This document shows, piece after piece, positions 22,401 to 35,939 of a stretch of 64,000 nucleotides of DNA. How positions within the stretch are numbered: the first letter of the stretch is position 1; each line of letters opens with the position of its first letter. This stretch comes from Raillietiella orientalis. Its lineage: Eukaryota. The notes beneath the pieces were generated by a model. The model did not search any database. It was given only the letters and a program-made list of their open reading frames with translations, and was not told where the DNA came from. The stretch is taken from NCBI GenBank assembly GCA_036172245.1, contig JAYWIR010000007.1, positions 3,906,001 through 3,970,000 on the forward strand. Direction: 5' to 3'. Position numbers and translations under genes: made by a program.

Positions 22401-25400
22401 GGGATGCCGCGGGGGGAAAAGGAGGCAGAAACTGTGGAATATGATGCCTGAGGCATCGCAATGCCGCGTCCACAAAGTCGAACTTCATAACAAGAAGACA
22501 ATTTGCGGAAATCGAAACGAAATAAATTCGGAACGTCCACGTGGATGGGGGGAGATGGGGAGGACCTGGGGATGTTCATTTCCGATGGTCATGGAGGGCA
22601 AGGATTGCTCCTGGAGGGAGTAGCGGAAGCGAAACCGCGTGGTCGGGGTGGACAGATCGACGGGTGTGAAGGATGGATCCAGAAGTGAAGCGAACGAACC
22701 AACTGTTCCGAGTGGCCTACCTTCACGACCGGTTGTCGTCTTGTGGCTGTCTCCAGGGATGGATGTATCCTGATCCCGCAGCTTCCAGAGGTGGATGAGG
22801 CGTGTTTTTCCTTCTGTTGCTTTTTTTTTTTTTTTTCTTCCTTTTCTTTTTTTTTTTTTTTTTCTTCCTTTTCTTTTTTTTTTTTTTTTTTCCACCTGGA
22901 AATTTTGAAGGCACCGATGTAAAGAAACACCAACCAATCGTTCCCCAGACAACCGTTCCTGTGTGCAATCGGGAGGAGCACGAAGATCTCCAAGATGCAC
23001 AATCATTTTTTCAAGAAAATCCCCTTCCTTCGGAGAACCGATCGAAATCTTTACAAAACCATGAAATGACTTTGGTGACCGCTGGGTGGAATGCTTTCCA
23101 GGCCTTGGGATGCCGCGGGGGGAAAAGGAGGCAGAAACTGTGGAATATGATGCCTGAGGCATCGCAATGCCGCGTCCACAAAGTCGAACTTCATAACAAG
23201 AAGACAATTTGCGGAAATCGAAACGAAATAAATTCGGAACGTCCACGTGGATGGGGGGAGATGGGGAGGACCTGGGGATGTTCATTACCGATGGTCATGG
23301 AGGACAAGGATTGCTCCTGGAGGGAGTAGCGGAAGCGAAACCGCGTGGTCGGGGTGGACAGATCGACGGGTGTGGTGGATGGATCCAGAAGTGAAGCGAA
23401 CGAACCAACTGTTCCGAGTGGCCTACCTTCACGACCGGTTGTCGTCTTGTGGCTGTCTCCAGGGATGGATGTATCCTGATCCCGCAGCTTCCAGAGGTGG
23501 ATGAGGCGTGTTTTTCCTTCTGTTGCTTTTTTTTTTTTTTTTTTTCTTCCTTTTCTTTTTTTTTTTTTTCTTCCTTTTCTTTTTTTTTTTCCACCTGGAA
23601 ATTTTGAAGGCACCGATGTAAAGAAACACCAACCAATCGTTCCCCAGACAACCGTTCCTGTGTGCAATCGGGAGGAGCACGAAGATCTCCAAGATGCACA
23701 ATCATTTTTTCAAGAAAATCCCCTTCCTTCGGAGAACCGATCGAAATCTTTACAAAACCATGAAATGACTTTGGTGACCGCTGGGTGGAATGCTTTCCAG
23801 GCCTTGGGATGCCGCGGGGGGAAAAGGAGGCAGAAACTGTGCAATATGATGCCTGAGGCATCGCAATGCCGCGTCCACAAAGTCGAACTTCATAACAAGA
23901 AGACAATTTGCGGAAATCGAAACGAAATAAATTCGGAACGTCCACGTGAATGGGGGGAGATGGGGAGGACCTGGGGATGTTCATTTCCGATGGTGATGGA
24001 GGGCAAGGATTGCTCCTGGAGGGAGCAGCGGAAGCGAAACCGCGTGGTCGGGGTGGACAGATCGACGGTTGAGAAGGATGGATCCAGAAGTGAAGCGAAC
24101 GAACCAACGGTTCCGAGTGGCCTACCTTCACGACCGGTTGTCGTCTTGTGGCTGTCTCCAGGGATGGATGTATCCTGATCCCGCAGCTTCCAGAGGTGGA
24201 TGAGGCGTGTTTTTCCTTCTGTTGCTTTTTTTTTTTTTTTCTTCCTTTTCTTTTTTTTTTTTTCTTCCTTTTCTTTTTTTTTTTTTTTTTTCCACCTGGA
24301 AATTTTGAAGGCACCGATGTAAAGAAACACCAACCAATCGTTCCCCAGACAACCCTTCCTGTGTGCAATCGGGAGGAGCACGAAGATCTCCAAGATGCAC
24401 AATCATTTTTTCAAGAAAATCCCCTTCCTTCGGAGAACCGATCGAAATCTTTACAAAACCATGAAATGACTTTGGTGACCGCTGGCTGGAATGCTTTCCA
24501 GGCCTTGGGATGCCGCGGGGGGAAAAGGAGGCAGAAACTGTGGAATATGATGCCTGAGGCATCGCAATGCCGCGTCCACAAAGTCGAACTTCATAACAAG
24601 AAGACAATTTGCGGAAATCGAAACGAAATAAATTCCGAACGTCCACGAGGATGGAGGGAGATGGGGAGGACTTGGGGATGTTCATTTCCGATGGTCATGG
24701 AGGGCAAGGATTGCTCCTGGAGGGAGTAGCGGAAGCGAAACCACGTGGTCGTGGTTGACAGATCGACGGGTGAGAAGGATGGATCCAGAAGTGAAGCGAA
24801 CGAACCAACTGTTCCGAGTGGCCTACCTTCACGACCGGTTGTCGTCTTGTGGCTGTCCCCAGGGATGGATGTATCCTGATCCCGCAGCTTCCAGAGGTGG
24901 ATGAGGCGTGTTTTTCCTTCTGTTGCTTTTTTTTTTTTTTTTCTTCCTTTTCTTTTTTTTTTTTTTTTTCTTCCTTTTCTTTTTTTTTTTTTTCCACCTG
25001 GAAATTTTGTAGGCACCGATGTAAAGAAACACCAACCAATCGTTCCCCAGACAACCGTTCCTGTGTGCAATCGGGAGGAGCACGAAGATCTCCAAGATGC
25101 ACAATCATTTTTTCAAGAAAATCCCCTTCTTCGGAGAACCGATCGAAATCTTACAAAACCATGAAATGACTTTGGTGACCGCTGGGTGGAATGCTTTCCA
25201 GGCCTTGGGATGCCGCGGGGGGAAAAGGAGGCAGAAACTGTGGAATATGATGCCTGAGGCATCGCAATGCCGCGTCCACAAAGTCGAACTTCATAACAAG
25301 AAGACAATTTGCGGAAATCGAAACGAAATAAATTCGGAACGTCCACGTGAATGGGGGAGATGGGGAGGACCTGGGGATGTTCATTACCGATGGTCATGGA

Positions 25401-28400
25401 GGACAAGGATTGCTCCTGGAGGGAGTAGCGGAAGCGAAACCGCGTGGTCGGGGTGGACAGATCGACGGGTGTGGTGGATGGATCCAGAAGTGAAGCGAAC
25501 GAACCAACTGTTCCGAGTGGCCTACCTTCACGACCGGTTGTCGTCTTGTGGCTGTCTCCAGGGATGGATGTATCCTGATCCCGCAGCTTCCAGAGGTGGA
25601 TGAGGCGTGTTTTTCCTTCTGTTGCTTTTTTTTTTTTTTTTTTTTCTTCCTTTTCTTTTTTTTTTTTTTTTCTTCCTTTTTTTTTTTTTTTTTTTTTTTC
25701 CACCTGGAAATTTTGAAGGCACCGATGTAAAGAAACACCAACCAATCGTTCCCCAGACAACCGTTCCTGTGTGCAATCGGGAGGAGCACGAAGATCTCCA
25801 AGATGCACAATCATTTTTTCAAGAAAATCCCCTTCCTTCGGAGAACCGATCGAAATCTTTACAAAACCATGAAATGACTTTGGTGACCGCTGGCTGGAAT
25901 GCTTTCCAGGCCTTGGGATGCCGCGGGGGGAAAACGAGGCAGAAATTGTGGAATATGATGCCAGAGGCATCGCAATGCCGCGTCCACAAAGTCGAACTTC
26001 ATAACAAGAAGACAATTTGCGGAAATCGAAACGAAATAAATTCCGAACGTCCACGAGGATGGAGGGAGATGGGGAGGACTTGGGGATGTTCATTTCCGAT
26101 GGTCATGGAGGGCAAGGATTGCTCCTGGAGGGAGTAGCGGAAGCGAAACCACGTGGTCGTGGTTGACAGATCGACGGGTGAGAAGGATGGATCCAGAAGT
26201 GAAGCGAACGAACCAACTGTTCCGAGTGGCCTACCTTCACGACCGGTTGTCGTCTTGTGGCTGTCCCCAGGGATGGATGTATCCTGATCCCGCAGCTTCC
26301 AGAGGTGGATGAGGCGTGTTTTTCCTTCTGTTGCTTTTTTTTTTTTTTTTCTTCCTTTTCTTTTTTTTTTTTTTTCTTCCTTTTCTTTTTTTTTTTTTTT
26401 TTTCCACCTGGAAATTTTGAAGGCACCGATGTAAAGAAACACCAACCAATCGTTCCCCAGACAACCGTTCCTGTGTGCAATCGGGAGGAGCACGAAGATC
26501 TCCAAGATGCACAATCATTTTTTCAAGAAAATCCCCTTCCTTCGGAGAACCGATCGAAATCTTTACAAAACCATGAAATGACTTTGGTGACCGCTGGGTG
26601 GAATGCTTTCCAGGCCTTGGGATGCCGCGGGGGGAAAAGGAGGCAGAAACTGTGGAATATGATGCCTGAGGCATCGCAATGCCGCGTCCACAAAGTCGAA
26701 CTTCATAACAAGAAGACAATTTGCGGAAATCGAAACGAAATAAATTCGGAACGTCCACGTGGATGGGGGGAGATGGGGAGGACCTGGGGATGTTCATTTC
26801 CGATGGTCATGGAGGGCAAGGATTGCTCCTGGAGGGAGTAGCGGAAGCGAAACCGCGTGGTCGGGGTGGACAGATCGACGGGTGTGGTGGATGGATCCAG
26901 AAGTGAAGCGAACGAACCAACTGTTCCGAGTGGCCTACCTTCACGACCGGTTGTCGTCTTGTGGCTGTCTCCAGGGATGGATGTATCCTGATCCCGCAGC
27001 TTCCAGAGGTGGATGAGGCGTGTTTTTCCTTCTGTTGCTTTTTTTTTTTTTTTTCTTCCTTTTCTTTTTTTTTTTTTTTTTCTTCCTTTTCTTTTTTTTT
27101 TTTTTTTTTCCACCTGGAAATTTTGAAGGCACCGATGTAAAGAAACACCAACCAATCGTTCCCCAGACAACCGTTCCTGTGTGCAATCGGGAGGAGCACG
27201 AAGATCTCCAAGATGCACAATCATTTTTTCAAGAAAATCCCCTTCCTTCGGAGAACCGATCGAAATCTTTACAAAACCATGAAATGACTTTGGTGACCGC
27301 TGGGTGGAATGCTTTCCAGGCCTTGGGATGCCGCGGGGGGAAAAGGAGGCAGAAACTGTGGAATATGATGCCTGAGGCATCGCAATGCCGCGTCCACAAA
27401 GTCGAACTTCATAACAAGAAGACAATTTGCGGAAATCGAAACGAAATAAATTCGGAACGTCCACGTGGATGGGGGGAGATGGGGAGGACCTGGGGATGTT
27501 CATTTCCGATGGTCATGGAGGGCAAGGATTGCTCCTGGAGGGAGTAGCGGAAGCGAAACCGCGTGGTCGGGGTGGACAGATCGACGGGTGTGGTGGATGG
27601 ATCCAGAAGTGAAGCGAACGAACCAACTGTTCCGAGTGGCCTACCTTCACGACCGGTTGTCGTCTTGTGGCTGTCTCCAGGGATGGATGTATCCTGATCC
27701 CGCAGCTTCCAGAGGTGGATGAGGCGTGTTTTTCCTTCTGTTGCTTTTTTTTTTTTTTTTCCTTTTCTTTTTTTTTTTTTTCTTCCTTTTCTTTTTTTTT
27801 TTTTTTTTCCACCTGGAAATTTTGAAGGCACCGATGTAAAGAAACACCAACCAATCGTTCCCCAGACAACCGTTCCTGTGTGCAATCGGGAGGAGCACGA
27901 AGATCTCCAAGATGCACAATCATTTTTTCAAGAAAATCCCCTTCCTTCGGAGAACCGATCGAAATCTTTACAAAACCATGAAATGACTTTGGTGACCGCT
28001 GGGTGGAATGCTTTCCAGGCCTTGGGATGCCGCGGGGGGAAAAGGAGGCAGAAACTGTGGAATATGATGCCTGAGGCATCGCAATGCCGCGTCCACAAAG
28101 TCGAACTTCATAACAAGAAGACAATTTGCGGAAATCGAAACGAAATAAATTCGGAACGTCCACGTGAATGGGGGGAGATGGGGAGGACCTGGGGATGTTC
28201 ATTTCCGATGGTCATGGAGGGCAAGGATTGCTCCTGGAGGGAGCAGCGGAAGCGAAACCGCGTGGTCGGGGTGGACAGATCGACGGTTGAGAAGGATGGA
28301 TCCAGAAGTGAAGCGAACGAACCAACGGTTCCGAGTGGCCTACCTTCACGACCGGTTGTCGTCTTGTGGCTGTCTCCAGGGATGGATGTATCCTGATCCC

Positions 28401-29141
28401 GCAGCTTCCAGAGGTGGATGAGGCGTGTTTTTCCTTCTGTTGCTTTTTTTTTTTTTTTCTTCCTTTTCTTTTTTTTTTTCTTCCTTTTCTTTTTTTTTTT
28501 TTTTTCCACCTGGAAATTTTGAAGGCACCGATGTAAAGAAACACCAACCAATCGTTCCCCAGACAACCCTTCCTGTGTGCAATCGGGAGGAGCACGAAGA
28601 TCTCCAAGATGCACAATCATTTTTTCAAGAAAATCCCCTTCCTTCGGAGAACCGATCGAAATCTTTACAAAACCATGAAATGACTTTGGTGACCGCTGGC
28701 TGGAATGCTTTCCAGGCCTTGGGATGCCGCGGGGGGAAAAGGAGGCAGAAACTGTGGAATATGATGCCTGAGGCATCGCAATGCCGCGTCCACAAAGTCG
28801 AACTTCATAACAAGAAGACAATTTGCGGAAATCGAAACGAAATAAATTCCGAACGTCCACGAGGATGGAGGGAGATGGGGAGGACTTGGGGATGTTCATT
28901 TCCGATGGTCATGGAGGGCAAGGATTGCTCCTGGAGGGAGTAGCGGAAGCGAAACCGCGTGGTCGTGGTTGACAGATCGACGGGTGAGAAGGATGGATCC
29001 AGAAGTGAAGCGAACGAACCAACTGTTCCGAGTGGCCTACCTTCACGACCGGTTGTCGTCTTGTGGCTGTCCCCAGGGATGGATGTATCCTGATCCCGCA
29101 GCTTCCAGAGGTGGATGAGGCGTGTTTTTTTCCTTCTGTTG

Positions 29142-29174
<33 letters not shown>

Positions 29175-29224
29175 CTTCCTTTTTTTCTTTCTTTTTTTTT
29201 TTTTTTTTTTTTTTTTCTTCCTTT

Positions 29225-29265
<41 letters not shown>

Positions 29266-32200
29266 CCACCTGGAAATTTTTGTAGGCACCGATGTAGAAA
29301 AAACACCAAGCCAATCTCGTTCCCCAGACAACCGTTCCTGTGTGCAATCGGGAGGAGCACGAAGATCTTTTAAGATGCACAATCATTTTTTCAAGAAAAT
29401 CCCTTCCTTCGGAGAACCGATCGAAATCTTTACAAAACCATGAAATGACTTTGGTGACCGCTGGGTGGAATGCTTTCCAGGCCTTGGGATGCCGCGGGGG
29501 GAAAAGGAGGCAGAAACTGTGGAATATGATGCCTGAGGCATCGCAATGCCGCGTCCACAAAGTCGAACTTCATAACAAGAAGACAATTTGCGGAAATCGA
29601 AACGAAATAAATTCGGAACGTCCACGTGAATGGGGGGAGATGGGGAGGACCTGGGGATGTTCATTACCGATGGTCATGGAGGACAAGGATTGCTCCTGGA
29701 GGGAGTAGCGGAAGCGAAACCGCGTGGTCGGGGTGGACAGATCGACGGGTGTGGTGGATGGATCCAGAAGTGAAGCGAACGAACCAACTGTTCCGAGTGG
29801 CCTACCTTCACGACCGGTTGTCGTCTTGTGGCTGTCTCCAGGGATGGATGTATCCTGATCCCGCAGCTTCCAGAGGTGGATGAGGCGTGTTTTTCTTTCT
29901 GTTGCTTTTTTTTTTTTGTTTTCTCCCTTTTCTTTTTTTTTTTTTTTTTTCACCTGGAAATGTTGAGGGCACCCATGTAAAGAAAGGCACGCCAATCGTT
30001 CCCCAGACAACCGATGCTGTGTGCAATTGGGAGGAGCACGAAGATCTCCCATATGCACAATCATTGTTTCAAGAAAATCCCCTTCCTTCGGAGAACCGAT
30101 CGAAATCTTTACAAAACCATGAAATGACGTTGGTGACCGCTGGCTGGAATGCTTTCCAGGCCTTGGGATGCCGCGGGGGGAAAACGAGGCAGAAATTGTG
30201 GAATATGATGCCAGAGGCATCGCAATGCCGCGTCCACAAAGTCGAACTTCATAACAAGAAGACAATTTGCGGAAATCGAAACGAAATAAATTCGGAACGT
30301 CCACGTGAATGGGGGGAGATGGGGAGGACCTGGAGATGTTCATTTCCGATGGTCATGGAGGGCAAGGATTGCTCCTGGAGGGAGCAGCGGAAGCGAAACC
30401 GCGTGGTCGGGGTGGACAGATCGACGGGTGAGAACGATGGATCCAGAAGTGAAGCGAACGAACCAACGGTTCCGAGTGGCCTACCTTCACGACCGGTTGT
30501 CGTCTTGTGGCTGTCTCCAGGGATGGATGTATCCTGATCCCGCAGCTTCCAGAGGTGGATGAGGCGTGTTTTTCCTTCTGTTGCTTTTTTTTTTTCTTCC
30601 TTTTCTTTTTTTTTTTTTTTTTTCTTCCTTTTCTTTTTTTTTTTTTTTTTTTCCACCTGGAAATTTTGAAGGCACCGATGTAAAGAAACACCAACCAATC
30701 GTTCCCCAGACAACCGTTCCTGTGTGCAATCGGGAGGAGCACGAAGATCTCCAAGATGCACAATCATTTTTTCAAGAAAATCCCCTTCCTTCGGAGAACC
30801 GATCGAAATCTTTACAAAACCATGAAATGACTTTGGTGACCGCTGGGTGGAATGCTTTCCAGGCCTTGGGATGCCGCGGGGGGAAAAGGAGGCAGAAACT
30901 GTGGAATATGATGCCTGAGGCATCGCAATGCCGCGTCCACAAAGTCGAACTTCATAACAAGAAGACAATTTGCGGAAATCGAAACGAAATAAATTCGGAA
31001 CGTCCACGTGAATGGGGGGAGATGGGGAGGACCTGGGGATGTTCATTTCCGATGGTCATGGAGGGCAAGGATTGCTCCTGGAGGGAGCAGCGGAAGCGAA
31101 ACCGCGTGGTCGGGGTGGACAGATCGACGGGTGAGAAGGATGGATCCAGAAGTGAAGCGAACGAACCAACGGTTCCGAGTGGCCTACCTTCACGACCGGT
31201 TGTCGTCTTATGGCTGTCTCCAGGGATGGATGTATCCTGATCCCGCAGCTTCCAGAAGGTGGATGAGGCGTGTTTTCCTTCTGTTGCTTTTTTTTTTTTT
31301 TTTTTTCTTCCTTTTCTTTTTTTTTTTTTTCTTGCTTTTCTTTTTTTTTTTTCCACCTGGAAATTTTGAAGGCACCGATGTAAACACCAACCAATCGTTC
31401 CCCAGACAACGTTCCTGTGTGCAAGGAAATTTAGCATGAAGATCTCAAGATGTTACCGTCATTTCTTCAGAAAGTCCCCTTCCTTGAAGGCGGTCGAATC
31501 TTTAAATAACATAAAATGGCTGAATTATGGAAGCATTTCCCGGGTAGGATGCCGCGGGGGGAAAAAGGAGGCAGAAACTGTGGAATATGATGCCTGAGGC
31601 ATCGCAATGCCCGCGTCCACAAAGTCGAACTTCATAACAAGAAGACAATTTGCGGAAATCGAAACGAAATAAATTCGGAACGTCCACGTGAATGGGGGAG
31701 ATGGGGAGGACCTGGGGATGTTCATTTCCGATGGTCATGGAGGGCAAGGATTGCTCCTGGAGGGAGCAGCGGAAGCGAAACCGCGTGGTCGGGGTGGACA
31801 GATCGACGGGTGAGAAGGATGGATCCAGAAGTGAAGCGAACGAACCAACGGTTCGAGTGGCCTACCTTCACGACCGGTTGTCGTCTTGTGGCTGTCTCCA
31901 GGGATGGATGTATCCTGATCCCGCAGCTTCAGAGGTGGATGAGGCGTGTTTTCCCTTCTGTTGCTTTTTTTTTTTTTTTTTCTTCCTTTTTTTTTTTTTT
32001 TTTCTTCCTTTTCTTTTTTTTTTTTTTTTTTCCACCTGGAAATTTTGAAGGCACCGATGTAAAGAAACACTAACCAATCGTTCCCCAGACAACCGTTCCT
32101 GTGTGCAATCGGGAGGAGCACGAAGATCTCCAAGATGCACAATCATTTTTTCAAGAAAATCCCCTTCCTTCGGAGAACCCATCGAAATCTTTACAAAACC

Positions 32201-32572
32201 ATGAAATGACGTTGGTGACCGCTGGCTGGAATGCTTTCCAGGCCTTGGGATGCCGCGGGGGGAAAAGGAGGCAGAAACTGTGGAATATGATGCCAGAGGC
32301 ATCGCAATGCCGCGTCCACAAAGTCGAACTTCATAAACAGAAGACAATTTGGGAAAATCGAAACGAAATAAATTCCGAACGTCCACGAGGATGGAGGGAG
32401 ATGGGGAGGACCTGGGCATGTTCATTTCCGATGGTCATGGAGGACAAGGATTGCTCCTGGAGGGAGTAGCGGAAGCGAAACCGCGTGGTCGGGGTGGACA
32501 TATCGACGGGTGAGAAGGATGGATCCAGAAGTGAAGCGAACGAACCAACTGTTCCTTGTGGCCTACCTTCAC
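13500..32572. repeat. Tandem array B: ~700-bp monomer, ~27 copies, each with a Tn-CTTCCTTTTC-Tn-CTTCCTTTTC-Tn tract
   Basis: 27 poly-T tracts from ~13790 to ~31965 (mean spacing ~699 bp) with near-identical sequence between them. Sharp right edge at CCTTCAC|TTGG (~32572); the left edge fades into noisy sequence. Confidence 0.98.
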
Positions 32573-32999
32573 TTGGATTCGGTAGTTTCGCTGTAGTGGA
32601 TGGGAATGGGAGGTTGTTTTCTTTTTTGGTGACCTCGAATGTATGCTTCCCCAATGTGCGGACTGCTCTTCTGCTTCTGCGTTGCACTTTTGTGTTCACT
32701 ATTCAGCGCACTTGGTGTTCACACTGTTGAATGTTGTCGTTTAAAAATGAGTAGATAACTAATGGTGGGATATGTGGTTTCCATGGTTGTGGTTTTGTTG
32801 GGCGTTCTGTGGCGCATGATTCGCCCTTTATTCTGTTCATCCTCATATTGTGATTTTTTTTTTTTATCTGAAATTGTCATGGTTTCTGTCAACAGAGACG
32901 TTGATCATGCATATTTTCCGGGGCATTCCTTGTTGAAATTGAAAACACATGGGAATGCCACAATATGGTCGTTATTTGGTTTTCGTGGTTGCACAGTTG

Positions 33000-35900
33000 G
33001 TGCTGCTAGTTTCAGGAGAGTTGCCATGAACGAGTGCAGACACTGGTGATGTCCTCTCCTTCGCCTAAACGGAAGGGAGAACCGAAAGGAAAATAAACCA
33101 AAGGAATGGAAAATTGGGTTGAAGGGGTTGTTTCTTGGGGAATGGAGGTATGGGAGTGGACCACTGTTTGCCTGGATCGGACCTCGACATCCTGTTCAGG
33201 ATACTGACGATGGCTGCTTTGAAATTTCTCCTTTGTGGTGATGATTTTGACACGCTCTCGAAAAAGATCGTTGTCGAGTGCATTGCATCCCTGCTTTTTT
33301 GTCTTCTTTTTTGGCGTTCCACGTTTCCACTTTTCCGCGTCCACAGCAGAGATGTGCTAGAGACGCAGCGTAGGGCAGAGCATTACGTTTGAAGAGGGCG
33401 GTAAAATATTTTAAGGGCCGCCTGCTGGAAGATTCACAATGGACAAGAATCGATCGCAAAGTTCACGGAGAACGACGCAGTCGAATACGAGATGCGGGAA
33501 GGTTCCCCTTCCACCACACTCTGCATAACGGGCAGCCTCGCTCCCTACTATCCAGTGCGGGAGGCTTGCTCTGCATAGGATTCCCCCATGCAGGAATAGA
33601 AACGCCATCTTTTGCCACTCCATTAAAAGGGTGCTACTGTGCCAATATGCTGGGGGTCACTTCACCTCCTCCGGTTGTATTCGGAGCAGCTCTCCTCAGC
33701 GCATGTGTTCTTTAGACGCGATACTCGGGGTCGCAGCGTCCACTGCCTGCCATGTTGTCCATGCTTTCGTTAGTTTTTTCCTGCTTCCAATAAGGCAGGA
33801 CACTTCCCACGATGCTCGTTCGTTTCTGTCTCTGGCGTACCTGATTTAGAGCAGCACGGGAGCAAGGGGGATGGATTAAGGTCACAGGAATTTGCGTGGG
33901 TTGTTTATCATCTCCCGCAGGGGCTGTCGAGTGCAAGGGCCTCGTCGGAGGCAGGGGGTATCCGCCTCGCTCGAACCATCGACACCTGAAGCCAGGCAGT
34001 ACAGTTCGCAGGGAGGCAGGAGTTCCACGTGTTGTTCCTTATGAGAACTATCATGTGGTGCAGCTGATGGCCGCATTAACCCAGGCTGCGTTTGTATGTT
34101 ACCACGATCGAAGACTTGTCCTTACGGCGTTGTCCACAACTTCGCCGTAAGGACGAGTCTTGGAGATTGGAGCTGTCGCTCCATGCACCCCAGCGTAAGG
34201 AGATCCAATCCACAGTCCCGGCGTGGAGAGTACACGTCATTGAATCGGATGAGGTTCCTCGCTGTGCCCCACAGCCCAGTGGCGCAGCAGCTCGAAGAAA
34301 TCGTCGAGCTCTGATGCCGGGGTGGACCCGGGGAGCAGGAGCAGAAGGTCTTCGGCATAGGCCGACACGGCAGGCGTGCCGGGACACGAGCTCGGCAGGG
34401 TTGCCAAAGTTTCCCCGTATGCTCTCGGCACCAACTCAAAGCAGATGCTGAAGAACAGGCGGCTCAGGCTGTCACCCTGCCTTATGCCACGCCGAACCGG
34501 CACGCCGTACACGTGCCGGCCGCTGAAACGAATATGTATGAGCGCGAAGCGCCAGCAGGATCGCAGATAGGCCAGGAAGACGGTCGGAAATCCCATGCGT
34601 TCCAGGAGTTCCAGAATGAGTTCCTGGGGCTACCTGGAAGCTAGCAAAGACTGGCTCTATTTCACGGGCTGGGAGTTCCAGAAGGAGTTCCTGGTCGAAG
34701 CAATGGAATGCTTTACTCAAATCGACCGCGAATGCAAGGGCTCCGGACGCGGTTCTTCGTCCTTGGCCTTCCTTTCTCTGGTCAGAGGAAATTCGAGGAT
34801 CCTCTTGAGCTGTCTGACCTTCGCGCTGGAGCGACTGCCACCATGGTTCGTTCGGGAACAGCGTAGGTCTGGTCCGGACTGACCACGGATTCCACCAGCC
34901 GTCCAGGTCGCTCACCCCACAATTTGGCAAGCGAATTCGCGTCCACATTCAGTAGAGTGATGGGCCGCCAGTTGCCTATGTAGCGTAAGTCTCTTCCTTT
35001 CGGAAGAAGACGTACTTTAGCAGACCGGAACGAGTTGGGAACGTCCCCTCGTTCGCGGATCAGCATGCCTACTTTGAGAACCAGAGGGACCAGCTCTGCC
35101 GCGAAGCATTGGTAAAGCTCCGCCGGCAGGCCGTCTTCCCCTGGTGCCTTTATTTTTTTGAACTTTTCGATGGCAGAGATGATCGCCATCGAGAAAGGCT
35201 CCTGGAGGTGGTTCCTGTCCCCATCCCTCAACGCTGGGGTGCCCTCTGGCAGCAATCGCTGCGCAAAGGCGCGCTCGGGTGTTGCTCTCGCGTAAAGTGA
35301 GGAGTAAAAAAACACGCAAGATACGGCTTACCTGCGCTGGGACTTTGCATTCCCGGCCTTGGGCGTCCAGCAAGCTGGCCGACCCGGATTGTCAGGTCTG
35401 CCTTTCGGCCCCTGCTCTGCGTTCCGCCAGTCTTCGGCATTCCTGAAGTAGAGACGGAGCTGTAGTAGGCCTTCTGGTTCCTGAATCCTTCGCCAAAACC
35501 CGGAGGAAGACGGTTCAGAAGTATCTGGTCGTAGAGCTCTCGGACTCTTCATTTGAACTCTTCATTTCGTCCCAGTTCGAGATTGTCCACGGTTGGAATT
35601 CTCGCAGAAGCGCGCGGAGATCCTCCGCTGGTCCTGAGAGGCGCAACCAGTCCCCTGGCAGGCGCCACGTTCCAAAGGTGGACCTCTTCCGAGCGGGTAT
35701 ATCTCGAGCACAAGACGCGGGTGGTCGGACAGCTCTGATGGGAGTGCTCCACGATATCGCACCCGTGCTCACAGGTGGTCGTCGAGGAACATGGGATCAA
35801 TGCTGTAGGTCGCCTTGGCATCTCCGGCCAACAAATTGCGCGTGTGCATGGCTGCGCCCATCTCGGTGACCAGGCGCGCTCGTATATCGGGCGTATCTGC
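33000..35900 (-). mobile_element. Decayed L1/Tx1-clade LINE ORF2 (APE end, RT, zf-RVT), 5'-truncated
   Basis: In order on minus: ELSDHPRL (APE SDH), GTWRLP, FYSSLY, KAPGEDGLPAELY, LLPKGRDLRYIGNWRPITLLNVD, VDLSKAFH, RRGIRQGDSLS, SAYAEDL (YADD variant), ECGGRGTFPHLVFDC. Multiple frameshifts. Confidence 0.92.
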
Positions 35901-35939
35901 CAGCAGGCGGACGTTAAAGTTTTTCACTCGGTCACGCCG

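Noticed and set aside
22700..22780. tRNA/SINE A-box-like TTCCGAGTGGCCTA in array B
   Set aside because: No GTTCRANNC B box and no cloverleaf downstream.
22780..22915. Spliced-leader or snRNA gene in array B (AG|GT plus Sm-like AATTTTG)
   Set aside because: No recognisable leader or snRNA sequence, a ~60-nt T tract lies between the donor-like site and the Sm-like site, and there is no convincing 3' stem-loop.
13559..32469. Dozens of ORFs with poly-Lys or poly-Phe runs in array B
   Set aside because: They are translations of the T/A tract; the frame changes from copy to copy with homopolymer length, so no conserved protein.
6788..32572. CRISPR array or rDNA/5S/histone repeat
   Set aside because: Units are 640-700 bp with no unique spacers, no cas genes, eukaryotic context, and no rRNA, 5S or histone sequence recognisable.
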